Of a stretch of 64,000 nt of DNA, positions 10,323 to 19,762 are shown piece after piece. The position numbers and the translations under genes are program-made. The stretch is from Candidatus Latescibacterota bacterium (lineage in GTDB: Bacteria; Latescibacterota; UBA2968; GCA-2709665). The stretch spans positions 1-64,000 of the forward strand of contig OZ252100.1 in assembly GCA_965248435.1 (NCBI GenBank), written 5' to 3'. The notes beneath the pieces are model-generated. The model did not search any database. It was not told the DNA's origin and was given only the letters and a program-made list of their open reading frames with translations. Position 1 is the first letter of the stretch. The number at the start of each line of letters is the position of its first letter.

Positions 10323-11044
10323 GACGATCCAAAATCCTGGGGATGCTCGTGATGGGGTTAATCTTCGCGGCCATGGGTCCCCCCCGGAGCCTGGCTCAAT
10401 CCGCCAAGAACGGGGATATCGTAGAAGGTAAGCGGCTCTTCTGGTCTACGGATTGGTCGGCTACGGGACTGACCTGCGCGCACTGCCACGCGGATTTCAA
10501 CGAAAAGAAAGACCCTGATGACCGCTTGCGTCCAGGACATTCGCTCTACAATGGAGGATTTCGGTCCGAGTGGCAAACCTGGGACGGGAGGAAGATTCAG
10601 ACCCTGGAGAAGGCCGTAGAGACGTGCATCGTGAGATGGATCGTGGCCCGTGAAGGAGAAGAAGAAGACAAACTGCCTGCAAAACATCACCTCCGTAAGG
10701 TTCTGGCTTACCTTAGATCTGACGACCTTTCACCCGAGAAAAAATCGAGGGCGATAGAGCTGATGCGGGCCAACAAGCTTCCGAGCGACCGACTCCTGGA
10801 ACTGGGCGATCCAAACCTTGGAACACCTATCTTTCGGAGGTCGTGCAGTCATTGTCACCTCGACGACGGGAGCGGCCCGGCGCCATCTCTGATTCGAAAC
10901 GGTTACAGCCGGTATCAGATCGCAAAGAAGGTGAGGGGGATCGACAATCCGGGTCTGGAAGGGCTGGTGATGCCCCCATTTTCGAAGGATCGAATTTCAG
11001 ACCGGGAGCTGATCAACATCGTGGCCTTCATCTATCAGATGTGA
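10319..11044 (+). CDS. Periplasmic diheme cytochrome c, TsdA-like
   Basis: Signal peptide, CAHCH and CSHCH heme motifs, a lone Cys in LEKAVETCIVRW, and a distal MPP. The TTG start overlaps the upstream stop codon. Confidence 0.8.
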   Translation: MRRSKILGMLVMGLIFAAMGPPRSLAQSAKNGDIVEGKRLFWSTDWSATGLTCAHCHADFNEKKDPDDRLRPGHSLYNGGFRSEWQTWDGRKIQTLEKAVETCIVRWIVAREGEEEDKLPAKHHLRKVLAYLRSDDLSPEKKSRAIELMRANKLPSDRLLELGDPNLGTPIFRRSCSHCHLDDGSGPAPSLIRNGYSRYQIAKKVRGIDNPGLEGLVMPPFSKDRISDRELINIVAFIYQM

Positions 11045-11119
11045 TCTTGATTGACAACCCCTTTGTGTTCCGCGCGCCTCTTACTTCTGGGTTTTAGGCG
11101 CGTTGTCTTTTTTGGAAAG

Positions 11120-11147
11120 TTGACAAAAGGACGCGGGATCCTATATT
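11120..11147 (+). promoter_or_regulatory. Putative sigma70 promoter
   Basis: TTGACA-N16-TATATT about 70 bp upstream of the GT2 start. Confidence 0.45.
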
Positions 11148-11216
11148 CGAAATACTTTAGGGGTTACCTATTTGGGGTCATCTACCTAGTACGTAAATCG
11201 AAATCCAGGTTGGGAT

Positions 11217-12743
11217 ATGCTCTGGTTGCAGTGGTCGTTGTTGATCATATACAGCGTCGCCTTGGCCCTGCTGTTCATCTACAGCCTACACCGCCACCTC
11301 ATGGTCAGGCTTTATTACAAGAACGAGAAGAATCGTTCACTTCCTGGGGGGCGATTGGATTCCTATCCACGGGTGACCGTCCAACTTCCGGTTTACAATG
11401 AACTTTACGTCGTCGAGCGGTTGATACGGTCGACTGCAGAGATCGAATATCCAAGGGATCGGCTCGAGATCCAGGTCCTGGATGATTCCACAGATGAGAC
11501 GACCCAGATTGCCCAGCGATGCGTCGATGAGCTTAGAAAAGAGGGTTATGATATCTCGTGCTTACATAGAGACCGGCGAATCGGCTTCAAGGCTGGCGCG
11601 CTCGAAGAAGGGATGCGTGTCGCGAAGGGAGAGTATGTTGCGCTGTTTGATGCCGATTTTGTCCCCTCACCCGAGTTTCTGCTCAAGACGCTCCCGCATT
11701 TTTCGGATGAAGGCGTCGGGATGGTCCAGGCCAGGTGGGAACACCTGAATCGGGATTATTCTCTCCTGACCCGGATTCAGGCCATTCTCCTGGACGGCCA
11801 TTTCGTGATGGAACACGGCGCCAGGAGTCGATCGGGGATGTTCTTCAATTTCAACGGGACCGCGGGCATCTGGCGCCGTCGATGTATAGAAGACGCGGGA
11901 GGGTGGCAGCACGACACGCTCACCGAAGATCTGGACTTGAGCTATCGTGCGCAGCTGGCGGGATGGCGGTTCATCTTTTTGCAGGACCTGGCCTGCCCTG
12001 CCGAAGTGCCGGTTGAAATGAATGCCTGGAAGTCCCAGCAGTTCAGGTGGGCCAAGGGGTCGATGGAAACGGCGATTAAGCTGCTCCCCCGGATGATCAG
12101 GAGCGAATTTCCCTGGCGAGTCAAACTGGAGGCCGTTATTCATCTGCTGGCCAATTTTTCATACGTTTTGATGGCCATCGTGGCCCTGCTCATCTTCCCT
12201 GCCGTGTTGTCCAGGCAAGATTTAGGGTGGTACAGAGTTCTGGTGGTGGACCTTCCCCTCTTTCTCGCAGCCGCGGGTGTCGTCTCCCGGTTCTATATCT
12301 GCTCTCAAAAGGAGCTCTACCGGGACTGGAAATCACGGCTCAAATATCTTCCCTGTGTCCTGGCTTTTGGTATGGGTATCGCGCTGAACAACGCCAGGGC
12401 CGTAGTGGAGGCGCTTGCCGGACATAAGACGGAGTTCAGGCGAACCCCGAAATACCGGGTTGTAGATCGAGGCGATACGTGGTGGAACAAGCGATATACC
12501 CTCGGAAAACAGCATCTTTTTTCGATGTTTGAGGTGGCTATCGGGGTCTACTTCTGCTGGATTATCGGGTATTCGCTCCAGCATGGGGTCTATTTTCCCA
12601 TTCCGTTCCTGATGCTTTTTGGCTTTGGCTTTTTCTATGTAGGATCTGCGTCGTTGCTTCAACAAAGATTCGAACGCTGGCGGATACCGGACCTGGAGCC
12701 AAAAGAGGTTGTGGCAAAGGGCGAACTTTCTGTTGGGGTGTGA
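11217..12743 (+). CDS. Processive GT2, cellulose-synthase-like (CslA-like) glycosyltransferase
   Basis: QLPVYNE, VLDDS, GFKAGAL, FDADF, TEDLDL and QQFRW motifs, with C-terminal TM helices. Confidence 0.9.
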   Translation: MLWLQWSLLIIYSVALALLFIYSLHRHLMVRLYYKNEKNRSLPGGRLDSYPRVTVQLPVYNELYVVERLIRSTAEIEYPRDRLEIQVLDDSTDETTQIAQRCVDELRKEGYDISCLHRDRRIGFKAGALEEGMRVAKGEYVALFDADFVPSPEFLLKTLPHFSDEGVGMVQARWEHLNRDYSLLTRIQAILLDGHFVMEHGARSRSGMFFNFNGTAGIWRRRCIEDAGGWQHDTLTEDLDLSYRAQLAGWRFIFLQDLACPAEVPVEMNAWKSQQFRWAKGSMETAIKLLPRMIRSEFPWRVKLEAVIHLLANFSYVLMAIVALLIFPAVLSRQDLGWYRVLVVDLPLFLAAAGVVSRFYICSQKELYRDWKSRLKYLPCVLAFGMGIALNNARAVVEALAGHKTEFRRTPKYRVVDRGDTWWNKRYTLGKQHLFSMFEVAIGVYFCWIIGYSLQHGVYFPIPFLMLFGFGFFYVGSASLLQQRFERWRIPDLEPKEVVAKGELSVGV

Positions 12744-12802
12744 CTCCGGTCACGGTGTCGACGAAGGGATTAGCCGACTTTCAGACTAGGAAGAGGATAA
12801 AG

Positions 12803-12819
12803 TGTAACAGATCATGACA
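12803..12819. promoter_or_regulatory. Possible enhancer-binding-protein site
   Basis: TGT-N11-ACA dyad about 135-150 bp upstream of a -24/-12 motif. Confidence 0.3.
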
Positions 12820-12951
12820 AACCACCGAGCAGCGTGCCACATTTCGTGTGACTGCAGTGCCTCATCGATGAATACGAAAGCAAGATAAGAATATATGTAA
12901 ACATTTAATAATAAGTAGGTTATGATCTATTCAGGTTCGGGCATTGATGAA

Positions 12952-12967
12952 GGGCACGGTTATTGCA
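12952..12967 (+). promoter_or_regulatory. Putative sigma54 (-24/-12) promoter
   Basis: GGGCACGGTTATTGCA fits GG-N10-GC and is close to the TGGCACG-N4-TTGC consensus. An AT-rich tract lies upstream. Confidence 0.6.
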
Positions 12968-13296
12968 TATGTCTAGTTTGTAAGGCAGTCTAAACTAACA
13001 AAAAACGTTGTCGAGGTCGGGGCTCGACGATCCATCATGGTGTGCTGTATGGGTCGCGTGCCCCTTTATTTTTCTGAGTTTCCTGCGGAGGAATCGGACG
13101 CGGCTGAACCGGTCAATAAGCCTGCACAAGGATCCTCGATGGCTTAAATGAGACAGAAGGTGACGGATATGCCCTAATCTTTTTTCGATGGATCGGCGTC
13201 CGGACCTTTGTTTCCGAATCGGTCACTGTTTCGCAATCTTTTGTAAAATAAAGCCTTAAGCTGATAATTCCAGGAAACTCAAGAATGGTCTTTTTT

Positions 13297-13312
13297 GGGT
13301 ACGCCTATTGCG
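13297..13312 (+). promoter_or_regulatory. Second putative sigma54 promoter
   Basis: GGGTACGCCTATTGCG fits GG-N10-GC, directly upstream of the large secreted-protein gene. Confidence 0.45.
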
Positions 13313-13317
13313 ACTGA

Positions 13318-16300
13318 GTGTGGGGGAAGAGTGTTGTCGGAGAAAGTAGGTGTGATATGTTCAATCTAATGGAGACAAAAAAGATGAAAGTTGGCCGATC
13401 GGCGCGGTGGAAGATCGGTTTGGCAGTGAGCGTGCTGACCCTAGCGGTTTCTGCGATTTCGGCCCCTGTGGAAGCTCAGGAGCAGGTGGAGATCCGGGTC
13501 GTAGACGGGAACGGCGTCGAGCTCACGAATGTGGGCGGATTCCTTTTCAAAGAGGAAGTCAAGGTCGGGCCTGCTGGCATTTATCAGGACTCGCCGATTA
13601 CAATTTCGGCCTCAGACGGTGAGTTGGTTCATGTCTTTGGGCGGCATACGGATGCCTTTGGCAACGAGAAGCAATATAGCGCGGTCGTTAATGTGACGAA
13701 GGATCACACGATCACCATCTTTGGTAATGGGCTGTCAAACAAGAACAACCCGGTTCCCAATACACCCACACGTATCGAAGTGCAGTTTCAGGTGGTGGAT
13801 GATTTCCCAGTGAAAGTGGTGGACGGGATTGGGGCAGACCTAGTTGGAGAAGTTTACGTCACTGCGACAAATGATCCCGTGCATCCGGATGATCTGGTGC
13901 CTTCGGGCTATGCGAACTCGCCATTGATAGTGCAAAAGGATGTGAACAGGATTCTGGACAACCAGTTCCTTCGCTTCTATGGCAAGCATACCGATGTCTC
14001 AGGCACCGAGACGGAATACAGCGCGAACGTGAAGGTGCAATCTGGCTTCATAGTAACGATTCTGGGGAACGGCCTGTCTAATAGCAATAACCCGGACCCT
14101 GGACCGACGAGCGTCCAGGTGCAATTTAGTGTATCCCAGGAGCCGGTGGAGATCCGGATTGTCGACGGAATCGGTGTAGAACTGGCGAACGTGGGTGGAT
14201 TGCCTTTTAAGGAAGAAGTGAAGGTCGGGTCGGGCAGCAGTTACGCTGACTCGCCGATTACGGTTTCGGCTTTAGACGGACAGGTACTTGAGGTGTTTGG
14301 GAGGCACACCGATGCCTTTGGCAACGAGACGGAATATCAGGCGAATGTGACCGTGGTGTCGGGCACCACTCAAAGGGTCGTGGGGGACGGATTGGTGGAT
14401 CCACCGGTGCCAGGGGGGTCGACCATCGTCGAGGTGCAGTTCCAGCTGGTGGAAGATTTCCCGGTGAAGGTCGTGGACGGGGATGGAGCAGACCTGGCAG
14501 GTGAAGTTTACGTTACCCACGAGACTGATCCAGTTCATCCTGATGATGTGGTGCCTTCGGGGTATGTGAATTCGCCATTTATTGTCGAGAAGGACTTGAA
14601 CAGGTTTGTGGATAACCAAAACCTTCTCTTCTACGGAAAGTTTACTGACGCATTTGGCGCCGAGACGGAATATAGCGCGGATGTGAATGTGCAATCGGGC
14701 TTCACGGTGACGATTGTAGGGGACGGCCTGTCCAATAACAATAATCCGGAGCCCGGGGCGACGGCCATCCACGTGGGGTTTGGCGTGTTGGAGGCGGAGA
14801 TCCGGATTGTGGATGAAAGCGGTACAGAACTGACAAACGTGGGCGGATTGCCTTTTAAGGAAGAAGTGAAGGTCGGGTCGGGCAGTAGTTACGCTGACTC
14901 GCCGATCACGGTTTCGGCCGTAGATGGACAGGTGCTTGAGGTGTTTGGGAGACACACCGATGCCTTTGGCAGTGAGACGGAATATAGTGCGGCTGTGAAT
15001 GTGAAGAACAACCACACGGTGACGATTGTGGGGAACGGCCTGTCTAATGATGATAACCCCGTGCCCGGGTCTTCGACGATTATCGAGGTGCAATTCAAGC
15101 TGGTGGAAGATTTTCCTGTGAAGGTCGTGGACGGGGATGGGGCAGACCTGGCAGGTGAAGTTTACGTTACCCTTGAGGCTGATCCGATTCATCCTGATGA
15201 TCTGGTGCCTTCGGGGTATGTGAATTCGCCATTTATTGTCGAGAAGGACTTGAACAGAGTTGTGGAGAACCAAAACCTTCTCTTCTACGGAAAGTTTACC
15301 GATGCGTTTGGCACCGAGACGGAATACCAGGCGGATGTGAATGTGCAGCCGGGCTTCACGGTGACGATTTGTTGTGACGGCCTGTCTAATAACAATAACC
15401 CAGAGCCCGGGGCGACGGCCATCCACGTGGGGTTTGGCGTGTTGGAGGCGGAGATCCGGATTGTGGATGAAAGCGGTACAGAACTGACGAACGTGGGCGG
15501 ATTGCCTTTTAAGGAAGAAGTGAAGGTCGGGCCGGGCAGTAGTTACGCTGACTCGCCGATCACGGTTTCGGCCGTAGATGGACAGGTCCTTGAGGTGTTT
15601 GGGAGACACACCGATGCCTTTGGCAGTGAGACGGAATACAGTGCGGCTGTGAATGTGAAGAACAACCACACGGTGACGATTGTGGGAAACGGCCTGTCGA
15701 ATGACGATAACCCTGTTCCCGGGCCTTCGACGATCATCGAGGTGCAGTTCAAGTTGCTGGTGGAAGATTTCCCGGTGAAGGTCGTGGACGTGGACGGGGC
15801 AGTCGTGGCGGGTGAAGTTTACGTTACGAATGAGACTGATCCGATTCATCCTGATGACCTGGTGCCTTCGGGGTACGTGAATTCGCCATTTGTTGTTGAG
15901 AAGGACTTGAGCAGGGTTGTGGAGAACCAAAACCTTCTCTTCTACGGGAAGTACACTGATGCGTTTGGCGCCGAGACGGAATACCAGGCGGATGTGAATG
16001 TGCAGCCGGGCTTCACGGTAACGATCGTAGGGGACGGTCTGTCTAATAACAATAACCCGGAGCCCGGGTCGACGGCCATCGAGGTGCAATTCATCGTGAA
16101 CAACCCGCCCGTAGCCGATGCCGGTCGTGACACCACGATCGAGTGCGAGGGCGATTCTACGGCCGTGACGTTAGACGGATCTGGCTCGTCAGACCCAGAC
16201 GGAGATGACCTTACCTACACATGGACTGAGAATGGCAACCTGTTGATCTTGGGCGGCAAGGCGACGGCCGAACAGCCCACGGTCTTCCTGAACGGACTGG

Positions 16301-17874
16301 GAATCCACGACATCATTTTGACTGTGACCGACTCGAGCGGCTTGAGTGATGCGGATACCGTCCGTGTTACGATCGAGGACACGGCGCCACCGGTGATCAC
16401 GCTGATCGGGGCCAACCCGATGAACCTCGAGCTGGGTACCCCATATGCCGAGCCAGGGGCGACCGCCGAGGATATGTGTGATGGTGATGTAACTGCCGCC
16501 ATCCAGATCTCGGGTGCCGTGGACCACACGACCGAAGGGCCCTACGAGATCGATTACGAAGTTGCGGATTCGGCCGGCAACCTAGCCTCCGAGACCCGAA
16601 CCGTGAACGTCGGCGTTAGCGCCAACAGCTATGTCTTGCTGGCCGTCAACGGGACGAGCATGTGGATCAAGGAAAAAGCACAGGTATTCAGCGGGTTCGT
16701 TGGCGTCAACGATCACGACGCGGGCGACAAGAGGTTCGAGCTCGTCGTCGGCACGAAGGTTCATACTGCGGAGCGTGTGAGGGTCACCGCGCCGGACGTG
16801 CACCTCAAGAATAAAGTAAATATCGAAGGAACACTCGTTTACGAGACGCTGAAGAAGGCGAAGAAGGTCCACATCGGTGAGGAGATTCAGGTCGAGCCGG
16901 AATATTGGCCTTATCCTGAGGATCTTCCCGAGGTTAAGGAATGCACACCGGGAGAAGATGATGTTATCGTAAAGTCGAAAAAGACCAGGGAGCTGGGACC
17001 AGGCAATTACCGTCACGTCGTTGTTAAAGCCAAAGCCAAACTCATTCTCACGGGCGGCGAATATAACTTCCAGTCGCTGAACGTGAAGGCGAAGGCGAAG
17101 GTCCTCTTTCAGGCACCAAGCGAGGTTTGTGTCGACGGTATGCTCAACACGAACAGTAAGGTCTACATCGGACCTGGACGGCTTGCCGAAGATGCAGAGC
17201 CGATTGATGCGTCCGATATCCGTATCGACGTTAATGGGCCGGATCGCGAGATCGAGCGTCACGATGACGACGATGATGATGGGGACGACGATGATGGTGA
17301 TGACGATGATGATGGGGACAAGAAGAAGAAAATGAAGCTGGCCGCGAAGATCGGAAGTCAAAACGAGGTCCACGCCAATATCTTCGTTCCGAACGGCACG
17401 CTGCACATCAAGACAAAGACGCACGCCACGGGCTCGTTCATCGCCAAGGACGTCATCGCCGGGACCAAGACCCGGTTCCATCACCTGAACGGCTGGGAGA
17501 TTCCGGGCGTGATCTACAACCCAGCACCTGTTGTGGCGACGAAAATGGCGCTCGCCCAGTCCGTGGATGAGGAACCGGATGCATCAGATTCGAGCATCGA
17601 GTTTGGACTGAACCAGAATTACCCGAACCCATTCAACCCCGCCACGACGATCCGGTACACACTCGCGGAAGCGACCGAGGTCAAGCTGGTCATCTACAAC
17701 ATTATCGGCCAGGAAGTGAAGGTCCTGGTGAATTCGACGCAGGTGGAAGGCGTTCACGGCGTTCAGTGGGACGGACGTGACACGTTCGGGCACATCGTAG
17801 CGACCGGAATGTATCTGTATCGCCTGCACGCCGGTCCGAACGTGGCGGTCAGAAAGATGATCTTCACGAAATAG
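13318..17874 (+). CDS. Large secreted protein: 8 tandem beta-rich domains, PKD, DUF5011-type Ig domain, Lys-rich beta-solenoid-like region, FlgD-Ig/T9SS-type C-terminal domain
   Basis: Signal peptide ending ...APVEA|QE (true start probably 13357-13384). Motifs NNPPVADAG...LDGSGSSDPDGD, DTAPPVITLIG and NQNYPNPFNPATTIRY. Confidence 0.88.
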   Translation: MWGKSVVGESRCDMFNLMETKKMKVGRSARWKIGLAVSVLTLAVSAISAPVEAQEQVEIRVVDGNGVELTNVGGFLFKEEVKVGPAGIYQDSPITISASDGELVHVFGRHTDAFGNEKQYSAVVNVTKDHTITIFGNGLSNKNNPVPNTPTRIEVQFQVVDDFPVKVVDGIGADLVGEVYVTATNDPVHPDDLVPSGYANSPLIVQKDVNRILDNQFLRFYGKHTDVSGTETEYSANVKVQSGFIVTILGNGLSNSNNPDPGPTSVQVQFSVSQEPVEIRIVDGIGVELANVGGLPFKEEVKVGSGSSYADSPITVSALDGQVLEVFGRHTDAFGNETEYQANVTVVSGTTQRVVGDGLVDPPVPGGSTIVEVQFQLVEDFPVKVVDGDGADLAGEVYVTHETDPVHPDDVVPSGYVNSPFIVEKDLNRFVDNQNLLFYGKFTDAFGAETEYSADVNVQSGFTVTIVGDGLSNNNNPEPGATAIHVGFGVLEAEIRIVDESGTELTNVGGLPFKEEVKVGSGSSYADSPITVSAVDGQVLEVFGRHTDAFGSETEYSAAVNVKNNHTVTIVGNGLSNDDNPVPGSSTIIEVQFKLVEDFPVKVVDGDGADLAGEVYVTLEADPIHPDDLVPSGYVNSPFIVEKDLNRVVENQNLLFYGKFTDAFGTETEYQADVNVQPGFTVTICCDGLSNNNNPEPGATAIHVGFGVLEAEIRIVDESGTELTNVGGLPFKEEVKVGPGSSYADSPITVSAVDGQVLEVFGRHTDAFGSETEYSAAVNVKNNHTVTIVGNGLSNDDNPVPGPSTIIEVQFKLLVEDFPVKVVDVDGAVVAGEVYVTNETDPIHPDDLVPSGYVNSPFVVEKDLSRVVENQNLLFYGKYTDAFGAETEYQADVNVQPGFTVTIVGDGLSNNNNPEPGSTAIEVQFIVNNPPVADAGRDTTIECEGDSTAVTLDGSGSSDPDGDDLTYTWTENGNLLILGGKATAEQPTVFLNGLGIHDIILTVTDSSGLSDADTVRVTIEDTAPPVITLIGANPMNLELGTPYAEPGATAEDMCDGDVTAAIQISGAVDHTTEGPYEIDYEVADSAGNLASETRTVNVGVSANSYVLLAVNGTSMWIKEKAQVFSGFVGVNDHDAGDKRFELVVGTKVHTAERVRVTAPDVHLKNKVNIEGTLVYETLKKAKKVHIGEEIQVEPEYWPYPEDLPEVKECTPGEDDVIVKSKKTRELGPGNYRHVVVKAKAKLILTGGEYNFQSLNVKAKAKVLFQAPSEVCVDGMLNTNSKVYIGPGRLAEDAEPIDASDIRIDVNGPDREIERHDDDDDDGDDDDGDDDDDGDKKKKMKLAAKIGSQNEVHANIFVPNGTLHIKTKTHATGSFIAKDVIAGTKTRFHHLNGWEIPGVIYNPAPVVATKMALAQSVDEEPDASDSSIEFGLNQNYPNPFNPATTIRYTLAEATEVKLVIYNIIGQEVKVLVNSTQVEGVHGVQWDGRDTFGHIVATGMYLYRLHAGPNVAVRKMIFTK
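13486..16098 (+). repeat. Four intragenic tandem units of about 650-660 bp, each made of an A and a B domain
   Basis: A units start at about 13486, 14146, 14794 and 15448. B units start at about 13801, 14455, 15109 and 15766. The later copies are nearly identical at the DNA level. Confidence 0.9.
17263..17319 (+). repeat. GAY-rich tract encoding poly-Asp
   Basis: Encodes DDDDDDGDDDDGDDDDDGD, followed by KKKKMK. Confidence 0.9.
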
Positions 17875-17920
17875 TCAAAGCTGGACCGAAGTCGAACCCA
17901 CGACTATACGATTGAGGGCA

Positions 17921-17952
17921 GGGGCCCGGCGGAAGCCATTCCGCCGGGCCTC
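17921..17952 (+). terminator. GC-rich hairpin after the large protein gene
   Basis: GGCCCGGCGGAA-GCCA-TTCCGCCGGGCC with only a weak U tract. Confidence 0.55.
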
Positions 17953-18137
17953 GTTGCATTCCGAGGCACATTGTCGCTGTAATTCCGGGAACGATGTCGA
18001 CGACAGATGGGTCTAATGGTAAGGCTTGCAGCGGTCTGCAAGCCCCCAATTGAGGTGCTTTGTGCTTGTCTATCCTCAAGCATCGGCTATATTTATCTCA
18101 ATCTTGTGAATCGCCAACCTTCAAAAGCTGTCAGTCA

Positions 18138-19034
18138 ATGGATCGCATCAACGGACTCCTGAAGCACCCCTACACCCTATCCCACGCCTCAGCGGTCTTT
18201 CTCCACGTGCTTCTATTCCTGCTCTACGCGCCCCTCACCCGTGCCTGGGTAACTCAGCCAGAATTCGCTTCGGAAGACGCGAAGAGTTCACCTGTGACCT
18301 TTGAGTTCGTGGAGGTACCCCGGCAGGACCGGAGCGAAAAACCGCCCGAGCAGACCCCGCTTCTCTCAGACAGACACTCCGTGGCCCGGGACATGCAGGA
18401 GTCGACCCTTCCTTCATCCTATCTGCCCTATTCCGAGGGGGTGATGGACGAAGCCAGGGATCGTCAGACAACGCCGGGCATCAGTGGGCCCGATGGCCTG
18501 AGTATAAATGATCAAGCCAATGCACAACAATCTGAGTCACTTGATCAGTCAGATCTGGCATTCCAGGAGATGAAGAACGCGACCGAATTCTTGAAGCGAT
18601 CAGATTTGGACGGTTCGCAGGCCAGAAGCCGCGAAGAGGCTGTTTACGGGCGACCGAGTTCCAACATTCAGCTCGAAAACAGGCAAGTAAGCGCCGTGGA
18701 GCGTGGAAACTTCCAGCTCAGTACGTATGAGTGGGACTTCGTACCTTACATGGCCGATTTCAAGAGGCGAGTAGAGAGCAACATCTTTCCACCTCCTGCG
18801 TGGGATCTAGGAATTGTCGAAGGAAGGACCGTGCTCAATATAAGGATCATGAGAGATGGAAGTCTTGAGTTCCTGAAGGTCGAAAGGTATGATGGGAGCG
18901 AGCTACTGCGAGACACCAATCTGCGGGCTGTTGAGTTGTCCGCGCCGTTCCAACCATTGCCGGATCATTTCCCCGATCCCCAGCTGGAAATTAGATACTT
19001 GTTCCTCTGGAAGATCGTTCGGTACGGACGATAG
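18138..19034 (+). CDS. TonB/TolA-family energy transducer
   Basis: N-terminal TM with SAVFLH, a disordered linker, and a TonB_C-like domain (YMADFKRRVE...IMRDGSL...AVELSAPFQPLP). It lies upstream of exbBD. Confidence 0.8.
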   Translation: MDRINGLLKHPYTLSHASAVFLHVLLFLLYAPLTRAWVTQPEFASEDAKSSPVTFEFVEVPRQDRSEKPPEQTPLLSDRHSVARDMQESTLPSSYLPYSEGVMDEARDRQTTPGISGPDGLSINDQANAQQSESLDQSDLAFQEMKNATEFLKRSDLDGSQARSREEAVYGRPSSNIQLENRQVSAVERGNFQLSTYEWDFVPYMADFKRRVESNIFPPPAWDLGIVEGRTVLNIRIMRDGSLEFLKVERYDGSELLRDTNLRAVELSAPFQPLPDHFPDPQLEIRYLFLWKIVRYGR

Positions 19035-19108
19035 AGATTTGCCCGGGAGCTTGCTCGTTCATCAAGGCTTCTTGTCACTGGAGTTCACCGTCGCATAAGG
19101 ACAAAGAA

Positions 19109-19762
19109 ATGAGTTGGGAGCTGTTTAATCAGGGTGGCTTGATAATGTATCCGCTCACACTTTGTTCTGTGATCGCCCTCGCGATTACGATCGAGCGCGG
19201 TTTCAACCTTCGCCGCAAGCGGGTCATCAGGCCGGAGGTCGTGAGCGTGATCGAAAATATTCGTGGGCCTGAAGAGATCGGGCTTGCGCTTTCTGTCTGC
19301 CGCGAGGAGGAGGGCCCCTTTGCCAACGTGATGCGAGCCGGGCTCGACAACCTCGATCTGTCCGTGGATGAGATCAGAGAAGGCATCATGGATCAGGGCC
19401 GCCAGGAAATGGGTACGCTCCAGAAGGGTCTCGTCGTCCTGGAGACGATCGCGAGCGTTTCTCCACTGCTCGGACTGCTGGGTACCGTTCTGGGGATGAT
19501 CAAGGTCTTCGACGAGATTTCGCAGGTAGGCGTCGGGCAGGGCAACCTGTTGGCAGGAGGTATCGCGGAGGCCATCCTGACGACGGCCGCCGGCCTCTTC
19601 ATTGCCATCCCATCCCTAGTGTTCTACAACTACTTCAGCAGCAAGACCGAGTCGATGATCCTGGAGATCGAAAAGTACGCAAACGGACTCCTTAAAAAGT
19701 TCAGAGGATTCCAGGGAGATGCAGGAACGCTTTCGGTCGCCAAGGGAGGAGAGGTGTCGTGA
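19109..19762 (+). CDS. exbB: MotA/TolQ/ExbB proton channel protein
   Basis: GGLIMYPL, SPLLGLLGTVLGMI, GIAEAILTTAAGL.IAIP. Confidence 0.9.
   Translation: MSWELFNQGGLIMYPLTLCSVIALAITIERGFNLRRKRVIRPEVVSVIENIRGPEEIGLALSVCREEEGPFANVMRAGLDNLDLSVDEIREGIMDQGRQEMGTLQKGLVVLETIASVSPLLGLLGTVLGMIKVFDEISQVGVGQGNLLAGGIAEAILTTAAGLFIAIPSLVFYNYFSSKTESMILEIEKYANGLLKKFRGFQGDAGTLSVAKGGEVS

Noticed and set aside
14272-16089. 605-aa repetitive His/Arg-rich minus-strand ORF
   Set aside because: It is the antisense shadow of the repeat region of the large secreted protein.
13486-16098. DGR template/variable repeat pair
   Set aside because: The repeats are in-frame coding domains, I saw no adenine-specific pattern of differences, and there is no reverse transcriptase in the window.
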